Shown here: positions 8,573 to 18,700 of the stretch, piece by piece
Numbering within the stretch: the first letter of the stretch is position 1
Layout of the letters: every line of letters starts with the position of its first letter
DNA from: Thermofilaceae archaeon
GTDB lineage: Archaea > Thermoproteota > Thermoprotei > Thermofilales > Thermofilaceae
Direction: 5' to 3'
DNA: 64,000 nucleotides
Assembly: GCA_038727095.1 (NCBI GenBank)
Contig: JAVYWK010000009.1
Coordinates: 1-64,000, forward strand
Position numbers and translations under genes: made by a program
Notes under the pieces: model-generated
Databases searched by the model: none
What the model was told of the DNA's origin: nothing
Seen by the model: only the letters and a program-made list of their open reading frames with translations

Positions 8573-11500
8573 ACGAACCCCCTCACCCCGCTCCTAGCGA
8601 GCCTAACGAGCTTGATGATCTCCAGGACTAGAGGCCTGGCTCTACCCGCTCCCTCTCCAGCCTCGAGCAGGAACGCGTTGTAGGAGGCGAGGCTCGCGGC
8701 TAGCCTATCCGCTAAGTCCTCTCCAGCTTTCCTGGCGGCCTTCAGGTTCCTCCTGAGGAGTGTGCGGAAGTAGGGTGCCAACAGCTGCTGGTACCCGAGC
8801 AGGCGCTCCAGCAGAGCGGCGCTGGCAGGGTCAAGCGCGTCGTAGACTAGCGACTCTGAGAACACGCCGCTATCTAGGGCTTTGAGGACGCTTTCAGCGA
8901 GCTCGAGTGCTCCGCAAACGTCGCCGGCCTTGCTGATGCTTTTGCTCTCTCTGAGCAGGACGCAAGCTGTCCTCTCTCCCCCTCCTGGCGCGTAAACCGC
9001 TACTAGCGTGTCTTTCTCGATCGTGCCTTTCGGCGTGCTCCACTTCGCCTCCTTAGCCTGCTGCTCCAACACTTCGTGGGACCTACGCAGCACAGCCGAC
9101 ATCGGGTACCTGTAGTGCGCCTCGTAGACAGCGTAGCTTCTGCCCGCTGGAATCAGAGAGGGCACATGATAGCTTCCCAGTTTCTCGAAGCCCAAATGCT
9201 TCGTTCCTTTACTCTTGCTCCCGACCCCGAACGAGAGCCTCGTCTCAGAGGCGATAGCGAGGGCTCTGGAAACTGGGGCCAGTGCGAGCAAGTCGTCCCC
9301 ACCGGAGTAGACGGCAAAGCCGTCCAGCTCTTCCACGATCTCAATGTCTCTTACCGCAGTTCTCATCAAGGCTCCGCTCAGGGACGCGTGGTAGAGCGGG
9401 CTCACAAGCAGGCCCCCCTCCCTTTTCATCTCATCGACCAGCTCTTTAATCTCGGCGCTCGCTCCGAGCCTGGGCTCCTCCCCGCAGAGCGCGCTCTCCA
9501 CCTTGCTCCTCGCCTCGCCCTCGAGTGCCGAGAGGATGTGCTCCTCCAGCTTCACCCCGAGCGCCTCCTCCAGCTTCCCGGATATGAGCTTGCCAACGTT
9601 GTCGCAGTCCGCCCTTACCAGCGCGTAGTAGACGGTAGTGCCCCCGAGCCTGAGATCCCTGGCGAGGCTGAGCCACTTCTTCCTGTTCTCCTCGCTGAAC
9701 CAGAGTAGCTCCGCGCACATCGTCACAAGTAGCTCTAGCAACGCTAAGGACTGTTCCAGCTCCTTGCCCTTCCCGGCCCTCTCGCGGAGCTTGCCGAGCA
9801 ACACCTGCTGCTTCCTCCAGAATGCCGTGCCCTGCGGAGCGACTGGCCTTCCGAGCTGGAAGAGACTGTCCATCAAGGTTTTCACCACCTTCTCCCGTGC
9901 CTCCCCGCTCTCTAGCGCCTTCTCCAGGAGCGCCTGCCTAAACTCTACCGAGGCTACGTCGGAGGTGGATGGGAATGATACCTCGAAGCGCCTAGGTTGC
10001 GCGGGCGCCCCGAGGAGGCTTTTCAGCATAATCTCCGGCTCTAGGGCCATGATCCTCTTGGCTAGGCAGTATGGGCAGAGCTTCTCGCCGCCAGAGAAGT
10101 AGGGCTCAAGGCTGAGAGCTAGGCTCCTCGCTTCATCGCGCGTCACGCCGAGCTCCCTCTCGAGGACTCTCAGGAACTCCTCTCTACCCTGCTCTCTGGG
10201 AACGATCAGCACTGCTGGGAGCTCTCCGCAGGAGGTGCAGTAGTCGAAGCCCCTCCCAGACCTAAACTCCTTGGGCCAGCCGACATCCCCGCTCGTCCAT
10301 GAGGTAAGGTCTAGCTCGCTCGCGTAGCTCACTCTGAAGAGTTTCTCCCTGCCCAGCTTGTACTGAAGCTTCGCGAATAGGCAGTGGTACAGCTTTTGCA
10401 AATGCTGTGGCCCCAGCTCCTCAAGGATTTCTGAGACCTCGACGGTTATCACCCTGATGGGCAACGGGGGAACCCGGTCGAACCCTACTTTCTCCACTCC
10501 CTCTAGCTGCTCAGCGAGCTTGCCTAAGAGCTTACCCATCGCGTCGCCGCCTCGCCCTTTCAACCCCAGGATTGAGCTCCAGATGGAACTCCACGCTTCC
10601 CTGTACCTCTCGACCGCGTATTTCTCCAGGCTCTCTCGGTCCTTTATCGTCGAGTCTACGTACTGCTGAAGAACCTCGTAGTCGGGGAGCACCAGCAGGA
10701 GCGTGCCCGGCACCACGGCGTAGAGCGGGTACGTGTCCCTCTCGGGGTTGTAGCCGCTGACCTTCTCAATCACGTCCTCCACGCTCTCAGCCAGCTGCCT
10801 ACTGCCGATCGATGAGAGGAGCGAATGGTAGTAGAATGGGTTGTACCTGCATGTCGGCATCACGAGCACGTCGGGGCCCAACTTCTCGATGAAAGTCCAA
10901 GCCGTCCTCCAGGCCAAGGCGGAGACGAGGTAGCTTGACACCCACAAGTCCCTGAGCTTCCTGGATCTGGAGATGAAGACCTGGATGCTGGGGATGTCGA
11001 TCATTAGGAGCAGCCCGCTCGGCTCCTCGCCATGGAGGAGCCAGTTCAGCGTCGAAGCCGTTGCGTAAACTTCGTCGAAGACTGTGGCGGTTGGGGCTCT
11101 GAGGTCTACAGGGTTTGAGGGTCCTCCCAGCCCTACCCAGAGAGCCTCGTAGAAAGCGTAGAGAAGGTGGTAGGCATCCCTCTCGCTGCTAGCCTTGCGG
11201 AGCAGCTCGTTAAGGCTAGCTGCTAATTCGCTGGTCACTCTGCTGACGCTGTCCGGGCTAGCCTCCACCTTCACCTCGAAAGCTGGGTTGAACAGGTTCT
11301 TGAGCTTCAGGCTCTTAGCGGGCGCTCCTCCTGCGAGCTCGGCCAGAAGTCTCTCAGCGCTCAGCGACAAGAGTCTAGCCTTCCTGATCCTCGGGTCTGT
11401 AAGCATGCCAGCCGCCTCCGCTAGGACGGTGTCTTTGAGGATCTCGCCAGCTACCCTTAGCGCTTCCTCCTCGTGAGGCTTGATCCCCTGAGGAGAAAGC

Positions 11501-11589
11501 GGCGCGCTGAGCACGCCAGTCTCCACCCAGGGCTTGTCCACCGGCTCGTGCAGCAGAGCCGCAGCCTTGAGGAGGAACACCTGCTTCAC
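8569..11589 (-). CDS. cas10: Cas10/Cmr2 with intact Palm2 GGDD and degenerate HD
   Basis: IQVFISRSRKLRDLWVSSYL, CxxC...CxxC zinc site, RADCDN, YSGGDDL; N-terminal LLHEP instead of LLHDP. Confidence 0.95.
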   Translation of the reverse strand: MKQVFLLKAAALLHEPVDKPWVETGVLSAPLSPQGIKPHEEEALRVAGEILKDTVLAEAAGMLTDPRIRKARLLSLSAERLLAELAGGAPAKSLKLKNLFNPAFEVKVEASPDSVSRVTSELAASLNELLRKASSERDAYHLLYAFYEALWVGLGGPSNPVDLRAPTATVFDEVYATASTLNWLLHGEEPSGLLLMIDIPSIQVFISRSRKLRDLWVSSYLVSALAWRTAWTFIEKLGPDVLVMPTCRYNPFYYHSLLSSIGSRQLAESVEDVIEKVSGYNPERDTYPLYAVVPGTLLLVLPDYEVLQQYVDSTIKDRESLEKYAVERYREAWSSIWSSILGLKGRGGDAMGKLLGKLAEQLEGVEKVGFDRVPPLPIRVITVEVSEILEELGPQHLQKLYHCLFAKLQYKLGREKLFRVSYASELDLTSWTSGDVGWPKEFRSGRGFDYCTSCGELPAVLIVPREQGREEFLRVLERELGVTRDEARSLALSLEPYFSGGEKLCPYCLAKRIMALEPEIMLKSLLGAPAQPRRFEVSFPSTSDVASVEFRQALLEKALESGEAREKVVKTLMDSLFQLGRPVAPQGTAFWRKQQVLLGKLRERAGKGKELEQSLALLELLVTMCAELLWFSEENRKKWLSLARDLRLGGTTVYYALVRADCDNVGKLISGKLEEALGVKLEEHILSALEGEARSKVESALCGEEPRLGASAEIKELVDEMKREGGLLVSPLYHASLSGALMRTAVRDIEIVEELDGFAVYSGGDDLLALAPVSRALAIASETRLSFGVGSKSKGTKHLGFEKLGSYHVPSLIPAGRSYAVYEAHYRYPMSAVLRRSHEVLEQQAKEAKWSTPKGTIEKDTLVAVYAPGGGERTACVLLRESKSISKAGDVCGALELAESVLKALDSGVFSESLVYDALDPASAALLERLLGYQQLLAPYFRTLLRRNLKAARKAGEDLADRLAASLASYNAFLLEAGEGAGRARPLVLEIIKLVRLARSGVRGFV

Positions 11590-12485
11590 CCTCTCAAACC
11601 CCGCGCCCAGTTGCCCCTTCCGACTCTCTCGTAGCTCTCGGCCCTGAGGGCTGAGTAGCCGGCAGACGTCTTAGCCCCCACGCCGAAGTACAGCGCGTAG
11701 AGTACTGCGAGGTCTACCAAGCCTAGCGCGCTCTTCTCCGGCTTAGGCTCTGCTGCTGCGTCGCTGCCCGCCTCCAGCTTGAGCTTCCTCTCGCCCCTCT
11801 CCGGCACGAAGTACACGTAGAACTGGAAGGAAGTACCGGGGGCGACGCACAGGTAGGTCACTGGCACTGGCTGGGCTTCTAGCTCAGTCCTAGCGCCTCG
11901 GTAGTGGGGCGTTAGCACGTCCGGGTAGAGGATGTACCCCTTTTCGCCCGCCTCCACGGGGTAAGCGTCCGTGAACCCGACGAGCCCAGCCCCGACCTCC
12001 GGGCTCCCGAAGAGGCGCTTTGCATCCTCCTCTCTCCCGCCGAGCGAGATGTAAGCGCTCCTGACAGCTCCCTTGATCGTGGAGGCCGGTATGAAGGGTG
12101 CGTTTAGGATAGGGTCGAAGGAGAGGCCGATGTCGAAGGCTACTCTCCCGAAAGACGTGCTAACCCCGAAAAGCCCTCTTGAAACCAGTTTCGCCCTAAC
12201 CCTCCTAACCTCATAGCCCAGGCTTATGAGGGCCCCCTCCAACTCCTCGAGAAGCTTCTCGATCTTCATCCTGTTCACGGTGAAAGTCCGTGCTGAGGCT
12301 TTCACAAGTTTCTCGAGAGTCTCTCTCTCCAGCTTCTCCACACCTTTCTGTTCACTCTTCTCGAGGGAGAGGTGTACGCTACTCAGCGCGATGTACGACC
12401 AGAAGCTCGTGCCCTCCGTAACGGCTTGATCTAGGATCTGCCTGAGGGAGCCGAGGTCAATCCTCTCCTCCTGCACGCGCCTCAC
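11586..12485 (-). CDS. cmr6: Type III-B Cmr6 (start probably GTG at 12485 or 12476)
   Basis: PFIPASTIKGAVR, LFGS, FTDAYP, DVLTPHY, GVGAKTSAGY. Confidence 0.92.
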   Translation of the reverse strand: MRRVQEERIDLGSLRQILDQAVTEGTSFWSYIALSSVHLSLEKSEQKGVEKLERETLEKLVKASARTFTVNRMKIEKLLEELEGALISLGYEVRRVRAKLVSRGLFGVSTSFGRVAFDIGLSFDPILNAPFIPASTIKGAVRSAYISLGGREEDAKRLFGSPEVGAGLVGFTDAYPVEAGEKGYILYPDVLTPHYRGARTELEAQPVPVTYLCVAPGTSFQFYVYFVPERGERKLKLEAGSDAAAEPKPEKSALGLVDLAVLYALYFGVGAKTSAGYSALRAESYERVGRGNWARGLRG

Positions 12486-13861
12486 CTCTGCAAAATCTCC
12501 ACTACGAAGTTCCATGCTGTCTCGAAGACCTCTACTAATTGCTGTTCCAGGCTCAGCCCCTCCAGGCTCCTGAGCTTCCCCGAACTCGGATCCCGTATTT
12601 CCCTTAGCAGTGAGCACACCGACTGCTCCCCTCCCCCACCTATGTGTACGAAGCTCTCTCTCTTTAAGAGGTCGAGCCAATCGAAAGTCAGGAACCCGCA
12701 CACCGCTACGTAGTAGCTCCTGCGACTGCCCTTCTCGGAGGGGATCACGGAGAACAGTATGGCCGATTGCCTCCTCAGGTTCTGGTATCCTGAGGCTGTC
12801 TGCTCAACGTAACCTGTCTTCTGACCCTCATATTCAGAGGATCTAGGCAGCCCTAGAATCCACGTGTGGTACTTCTCGCTCGATTCCTTCCTAGGGTCTA
12901 ACTTTAAAGCCTGTTTCCACGACGCTTTAAGCGTAGCACTCCCTATCCGGCTCAACGCGGAAGTCGGGTCGGGGAAAGGCTTATTGATAACCTGTATTCT
13001 AAAGAGGGGGGCACGGGTCTTGCCGACGGTAATCTCTTTCCTGCTCAACACTGGATAACGCGGTAGCTGTGTTCCCTGCGCCGGCTTGAGCTTCTCAGGT
13101 ATCCGCGATAGGTACTGCTTAGCTACGCTCATAGCGTTATCGATTAAGCTGTTGAGGCACTCCTGCACATCCTGGGGGTTTCCAGCTGCGTACATTCTGC
13201 TTAACGTGTCCTGCAGGATCCTACACCCCTTATCCGCGCACGACACGCTCAACTGCGTTGAGCCGAAACCCCTGTTCGTGATCGAGCCGACACCGCCGAG
13301 AGCCAGGCTCAGCACAAGCGAGTAAAGGGAGAACAGCTTCTCCTCGCTGGAGAGGCTAGCGTGAGGCCTCCTAAAAAGCTCTATGGTGAAGCGAAGCTTA
13401 CCGGGACTAAAGTAGCGCCTGGGATTCTCCTCACTCAGGTAGCGCCTCTTATCCTCACTGCGCGGCGGCCTAAACAGCTTTAGTCTCGCTATCCTTTTAA
13501 TTCTCTCCGCCTCCTCAACTCCCGCTTGCACGGTTCCAGCCGAGACTCTCAGCGAGAGCTTTGACGCTGAATTCGTGCTGCCCAAGACTGGCGCCACCAG
13601 CTCGTCGAGGTCCTCAAGGCTGGAGGGAAAGTCACTGTACTCCTCGTACCATGCGCCTGCTACGAGTGCTCTCGCCCACCATCTCCAAACTCCTCTGATC
13701 GCCTGAGACCTCGGCCTTTCCTGCAAGTCTAGCTCCGAGCTGTACGGCCGGGCGTTGTAGCCCCCTATTCTCGTTATCGTAACATTCCTCACGTGGATCC
13801 TCGCGACTAGACCCCCCCTAGATAGTTCCTCCGCGATCTCCTCAAAAGTAGGGCTCATCAC
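12482..13861 (-). CDS. cmr1: Type III-B Cmr1
   Basis: IRGVWRWWARA, LGGVGSITNRGFG, LGLPR, RRQS. Confidence 0.9.
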   Translation of the reverse strand: MMSPTFEEIAEELSRGGLVARIHVRNVTITRIGGYNARPYSSELDLQERPRSQAIRGVWRWWARALVAGAWYEEYSDFPSSLEDLDELVAPVLGSTNSASKLSLRVSAGTVQAGVEEAERIKRIARLKLFRPPRSEDKRRYLSEENPRRYFSPGKLRFTIELFRRPHASLSSEEKLFSLYSLVLSLALGGVGSITNRGFGSTQLSVSCADKGCRILQDTLSRMYAAGNPQDVQECLNSLIDNAMSVAKQYLSRIPEKLKPAQGTQLPRYPVLSRKEITVGKTRAPLFRIQVINKPFPDPTSALSRIGSATLKASWKQALKLDPRKESSEKYHTWILGLPRSSEYEGQKTGYVEQTASGYQNLRRQSAILFSVIPSEKGSRRSYYVAVCGFLTFDWLDLLKRESFVHIGGGGEQSVCSLLREIRDPSSGKLRSLEGLSLEQQLVEVFETAWNFVVEILQR

Positions 13862-14349
13862 TCTCCACCCGGCTTCTCCCTAGTGTAGACAGCCTCGGCC
13901 AGCTTCTTCAACTGGATACAGTAGGGCGTGAGGAGCTTAGCAGCTAGAACCTGCACGTCGACCAGCTCTCCCAACGCCTCCACTGGCTGCGCCGGGTCCT
14001 TCTTCAGAACCCCTAGCTCGCGGAGGTAGGAGAGCACCAGGAAAAGGTAAAACGCGTAGCCACCCTCTTCCTTCCCAATCACTTTCTTTCCCCTCTCTCG
14101 CTGAGCTTCCGCCCCCCACCCTTTTTGCCAGGCGCTTACCACTCTGTTGTATGTGCTCTTGGTAGCCCTCGCAAAGCAGAAGCTGAGCGCGGGAACCAGG
14201 CCCACGTCCTCAATCATGCTGAGTACCGATCTTGCCCTCGCCCTGAAGCTCTGGCCCATATCTTCGTCGAGGATGCCTGACTCGATGCCCTGTGCGATGA
14301 GGTTTTGTAGCTTGCTGAAATCCTCCACCGCCCTCCGAACCGGGTCCAT
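13858..14349 (-). CDS. cmr5: Type III-B Cmr5 (small subunit)
   Basis: FRARARSVLSMIEDVGLVPALSF, LKKLAEA; position in operon. Confidence 0.85.
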   Translation of the reverse strand: MDPVRRAVEDFSKLQNLIAQGIESGILDEDMGQSFRARARSVLSMIEDVGLVPALSFCFARATKSTYNRVVSAWQKGWGAEAQRERGKKVIGKEEGGYAFYLFLVLSYLRELGVLKKDPAQPVEALGELVDVQVLAAKLLTPYCIQLKKLAEAVYTREKPGGE

Positions 14350-14359
14350 GACCACCCCC

Positions 14360-15313
14360 CTACAGGAGCTCAAGCTTGACTATCCCGCGCCCTATGGTCT
14401 CGTGCCCGCCTATCACCAAGTAGTTCTCCCTCTCCCTCAGCTTCTTGAGGAGCTTCTCCCTAACTTCCCCGGCGCACAGCTCCTCTTTTCCAAAGACCTG
14501 CTTCATCCCATTCATCAGTTCCTTCGAGCTCCTAGGCACCCGAGGCTTCGAGTAGAGCAGTACTGTGTAAAGTAAAGTCTCCCTCGGTATGTACTCCTCA
14601 GTCCATAACCCCCCCTCCTCAACAGTCTTTGTCTCACGGCTCAGCCTCACGCGGGTCACCCTCATAAGGCTCTTCTCCACAGCCCTCCCCACCTCCTCGT
14701 CACTGAGCAGCATCAGCCTCTCCTCCTCAAGCCCGAGCACTCTGGCAAGCTCAGTGAGGCTCGAGCCCACACCGCTGTCGGACTTCGGGTTCAGCCAGAG
14801 TTCCTCGTTCACCACCACCTTGCTTAGCTGTGGAACCAGGAAGAGGTCGCTGCGAACCACATAGACCTCTCCCCTTCTCACACTTACTCCGGATAGTGCC
14901 TCCACCGCCCTCTTAAGACTCTGGAATTTGCTGCCTGCGGGGCCTGCCTTGCTGAGAGACCCTACCAGCTCGGCGTAACCTCTACACCTCTTCAGGAGCA
15001 AGGGAGCCGTCGCGTAGCCGTAAACCCCGATCAGGCTTCTAACCGGAAACGCCAGGAGGTAAGCGTCCAGCACCGCCACCGGCGAGGAGAACTTCTCCAC
15101 CTCCTCTACCTCCGGCCCGAAGAGGAAGCTAGCGAGGGCTCCACCGATAGTGCTCTTCATCGCGCCCTTGAGACTCGAGCCGTAGATCATGGGGAAGCCC
15201 AGCCCGTCCCTCTGCACAGGGAGATCGACAACCTCACCGCCCCTCCCAACCCCGGGGTGGAGCGCAGTAACCGTCTTTATGAGAGCAAAATCGGCTAGCT
15301 CATAGCTCATCAC
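14360..15313 (-). CDS. cmr4: Type III-B Cmr4 backbone RNase
   Basis: LHPGVG, VDLPVQRD (catalytic Asp present), GSSLKGA, LWTEEY, IGGHETIGRG. Confidence 0.95.
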   Translation of the reverse strand: MMSYELADFALIKTVTALHPGVGRGGEVVDLPVQRDGLGFPMIYGSSLKGAMKSTIGGALASFLFGPEVEEVEKFSSPVAVLDAYLLAFPVRSLIGVYGYATAPLLLKRCRGYAELVGSLSKAGPAGSKFQSLKRAVEALSGVSVRRGEVYVVRSDLFLVPQLSKVVVNEELWLNPKSDSGVGSSLTELARVLGLEEERLMLLSDEEVGRAVEKSLMRVTRVRLSRETKTVEEGGLWTEEYIPRETLLYTVLLYSKPRVPRSSKELMNGMKQVFGKEELCAGEVREKLLKKLRERENYLVIGGHETIGRGIVKLELL

Positions 15314-15473
15314 TACTAAAAGAAGCCTCAGGTAATTAAGCCTTATTACGACTCCGTCGCCAACCTCAAACCATGATTCAGGCTAAGCTGAAGAAGTTGG
15401 AAGTTTTCAGCCCAAGAAACGAAAGAACTCAGAGACCCAAACCTAGTGATTGGAGACAATGTACACCATGACT

Positions 15474-15676
15474 CAATTCAAGAGATAGAGTCTGTTGGAG
15501 AACCTTCACACAGTGTTCACAATTTATGATACAATCAAGAAATAATAGAAATTTCGAACCAATTAAAGAGCTTTTCATAGTCTGTTCGCTCGATGCAATC
15601 AAGAGATAATAGAAAGAAGCAATACGATGTATTTAGCCAGGGCTATGACTAGAATCAATTAAGAGATAATAGAAAG
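15474..15676 (+). CRISPR. Degenerate mini-array, repeat family C (3-4 repeats), convergent with array 1
   Basis: gcaatcaagagataatagaaag at 15595; variants at 15474, 15531, 15655; ~60 nt period. Confidence 0.75.
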
Positions 15677-15720
15677 TAACGCCTTCGGCCCGGCCAGGGG
15701 CTCCTCCGCAGCCATCGCCC

Positions 15721-18700
15721 CTTTCAATTCATTCCTTGTTGATACGTGAGCGTTTGGCCTGGGAAATACCTGTCGAAGCGCGGCATCTTTCAATTCATTC
15801 CTTGTTGATACTGGGACACCGGGTGGAGCGGAGGGAGCAGCGGCAGAAGGCTTTCAATTCATTCCTTGTTGATACCGTGATCGACCTGGCGAGGCGGCTG
15901 GGGGCGAAGGTCATTGTGCCCTTTCAATTCATTCCTTGTTGATACTCGAAAAGAAGAAAGGGGTTTCCCACTCGGTGGTCGACTTTCAATTCATTCCTTG
16001 TTGATACGTGGGTGTTGACGCGAAGCTTCTTCTCCGCGTACTTCTCTTTCAATTCATTCCTTGTTGATACGCGAAAGTATGAGATTCTGAGGAGGAGGGG
16101 TTTTACTGACTTTCAATTCATTCCTTGTTGATACGAGTTATACGTGGCGAAGCAATACGCAGCAGTGATTCACCTTTCAATTCATTCCTTGTTGATACAC
16201 TTAAAATTCCCCAAAAAATGGTAGAAAAAACTTTAGACTTTCAATTCATTCCTTGTTGATACACGTGTGCCGACAATGTGACGCCTATTTCGTTCAACTT
16301 ACTTTCAATTCATTCCTTGTTGATACAGAGGTGGCAGATCATCAGCCTCCTCCGAGACATAGCAGCCTTTCAATTCATTCCTTGTTGATACAACAACACC
16401 TTTGCCGGGACAGTGGATGTGAGGATTGCTTTCAATTCATTCCTTGTTGATACAGTGCTACGCCAGTGTTAGTAATACAATCACCCCGATTTACTTTCAA
16501 TTCATTCCTTGTTGATACCAAAGTTTATAAAGGCGCGTACGGTGTTAAGCAATGACTTTCAATTCATTCCTTGTTGATACCTGGCAGAGCTTGATACTAA
16601 AGTGGGAGCAATTTTGGACTTTCAATTCATTCCTTGTTGATACATTATTTTCAAAAACGTCTTTCCACGACAAGTTTCAATCTTTCAATTCATTCCTTGT
16701 TGATACTGATGGAGAGTGCTCGTGCTGCTGCTAGGGGTGTTTAACGTCTTTCAATTCATTCCTTGTTGATACTGATCCAGGTTTCAGCCGTAGCCGTGTG
16801 GCAGCGGAAGACTTTCAATTCATTCCTTGTTGATACCGCTCTCTACAATGTAGCTCCGGAGTGCAACGTAATCGTCTTTCAATTCATTCCTTGTTGATAC
16901 GTGTAGAGGATTACTGGTACACTAGACCGAACCTGTCTTTCAATTCATTCCTTGTTGATACGTAACGTTACACATTAGTGGAAAATGTCAGCGCTGCGGC
17001 TTTCAATTCATTCCTTGTTGATACGGAGGAAGACGGTTTAGGCTAGCCGTGATGGATTATCTTTCAATTCATTCCTTGTTGATACTTGATACAGCAGAAG
17101 CAGGACTACTGGGTTAAAACGCTCAGCTTTCAATTCATTCCTTGTTGATACGCGCCGGTGAAGTGCCCATTATTTTCTCTGTCTTAGACTTTCAATTCAT
17201 TCCTTGTTGATACCTGTAACCCTGCTTGATCAACCGCTCTAGCGCAACCATCAGCTTTCAATTCATTCCTTGTTGATACCAAAGGGTTTTATGCGAAATT
17301 ATCTGAGAAAGAGCTCTTTCAATTCATTCCTTGTTGATACTCGCAGCGATCTTCGGTTAACAATTCATATAGAGGTGACCTTTCAATTCATTCCTTGTTG
17401 ATACACGTTATAATTGTTTCGGAAACTGATGAAATTGTTGACTTTCAATTCATTCCTTGTTGATACATGTTCAAGCTATCGTAGGGTCACAGCCCGTTTC
17501 GCCGTCTTTCAATTCATTCCTTGTTGATACGCGAGCATATATCGATAAGAAACGTAAAGAATTAATGAAATCTTTCAATTCATTCCTTGTTGATACGATA
17601 GCGCCGGTCACGGCAATGGCTGCAGGCATTGCGTTAACTTTCAATTCATTCCTTGTTGATACTTGACAGTGAAAATCGATAATGCGTTGCAAACATTGAA
17701 CTTTCAATTCATTCCTTGTTGATACCAGAAGGGTGAACGCCTTGAATATCCGAGCCCTACAGATCTTTCAATTCATTCCTTGTTGATACTTACTAATTTT
17801 GATATGTATACTTCAGTGGCAGGTTTCTTTCAATTCATTCCTTGTTGATACCCGAAAGTTGCACCTGCTGTCACAACTGCCGTTACGACCTTTCAATTCA
17901 TTCCTTGTTGATACAGAGCGTGGTCGTTCAGCGGCTCATGGATATGGGGTTCAGCTTTCAATTCATTCCTTGTTGATACTTACGGTAAACTCTACTGGCG
18001 ATTCAACCGCTTTTATTTCTTTCAATTCATTCCTTGTTGATACTGGGTGCGAAGACCTATTTCTACTATCGATTGTATCCACTTTCAATTCATTCCTTGT
18101 TGATACGTTGCTGACGACGGCAACTGACGCGCCGAATGCAATTATCTTTCAATTCATTCCTTGTTGATACGTCATTGGTATCACCATACGATACGGCCGG
18201 CGATTAAATCTTTCAATTCATTCCTTGTTGATACCAGTGTTACCGATGTGGTTGCTTTTACTTTGAAATTCTTTCAATTCATTCCTTGTTGATACCCCTA
18301 TCACTGTCTACTGGGGCTAGACCCACGAAAGTGCTTTCAATTCATTCCTTGTTGATACACAATTTTGTGCGCTAGACAGTAACCCCACTCCCCCCATGCT
18401 TTCAATTCATTCCTTGTTGATACCAGCCTGAACGGGTCACCTGCATAGTGGCGACCCAACCTTTCAATTCATTCCTTGTTGATACAATTATGTTGTTTTT
18501 CGTAGCGTCGTTACGTTAGTATTTCTTTCAATTCATTCCTTGTTGATACGTGTACCAATTCCACTAGCATCTTGAACGCCGTTGTAAACTTTCAATTCAT
18601 TCCTTGTTGATACAAAAGGAATGATGAAATCGAAAAAGCCGCGAAGAAGGCTTTCAATTCATTCCTTGTTGATACCGTTATTGGCACCGATGCTGTAGCG

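Noticed and set aside
12486-12701. N-terminal extension of cmr6 in the ORF track
   Set aside because: Overlaps cmr1; a GTG start at the cmr1 stop is more plausible.
17086-17092. Spacer beginning with ttgatac, duplicating the repeat end
   Set aside because: Only 7 nt; chance or minor slippage.
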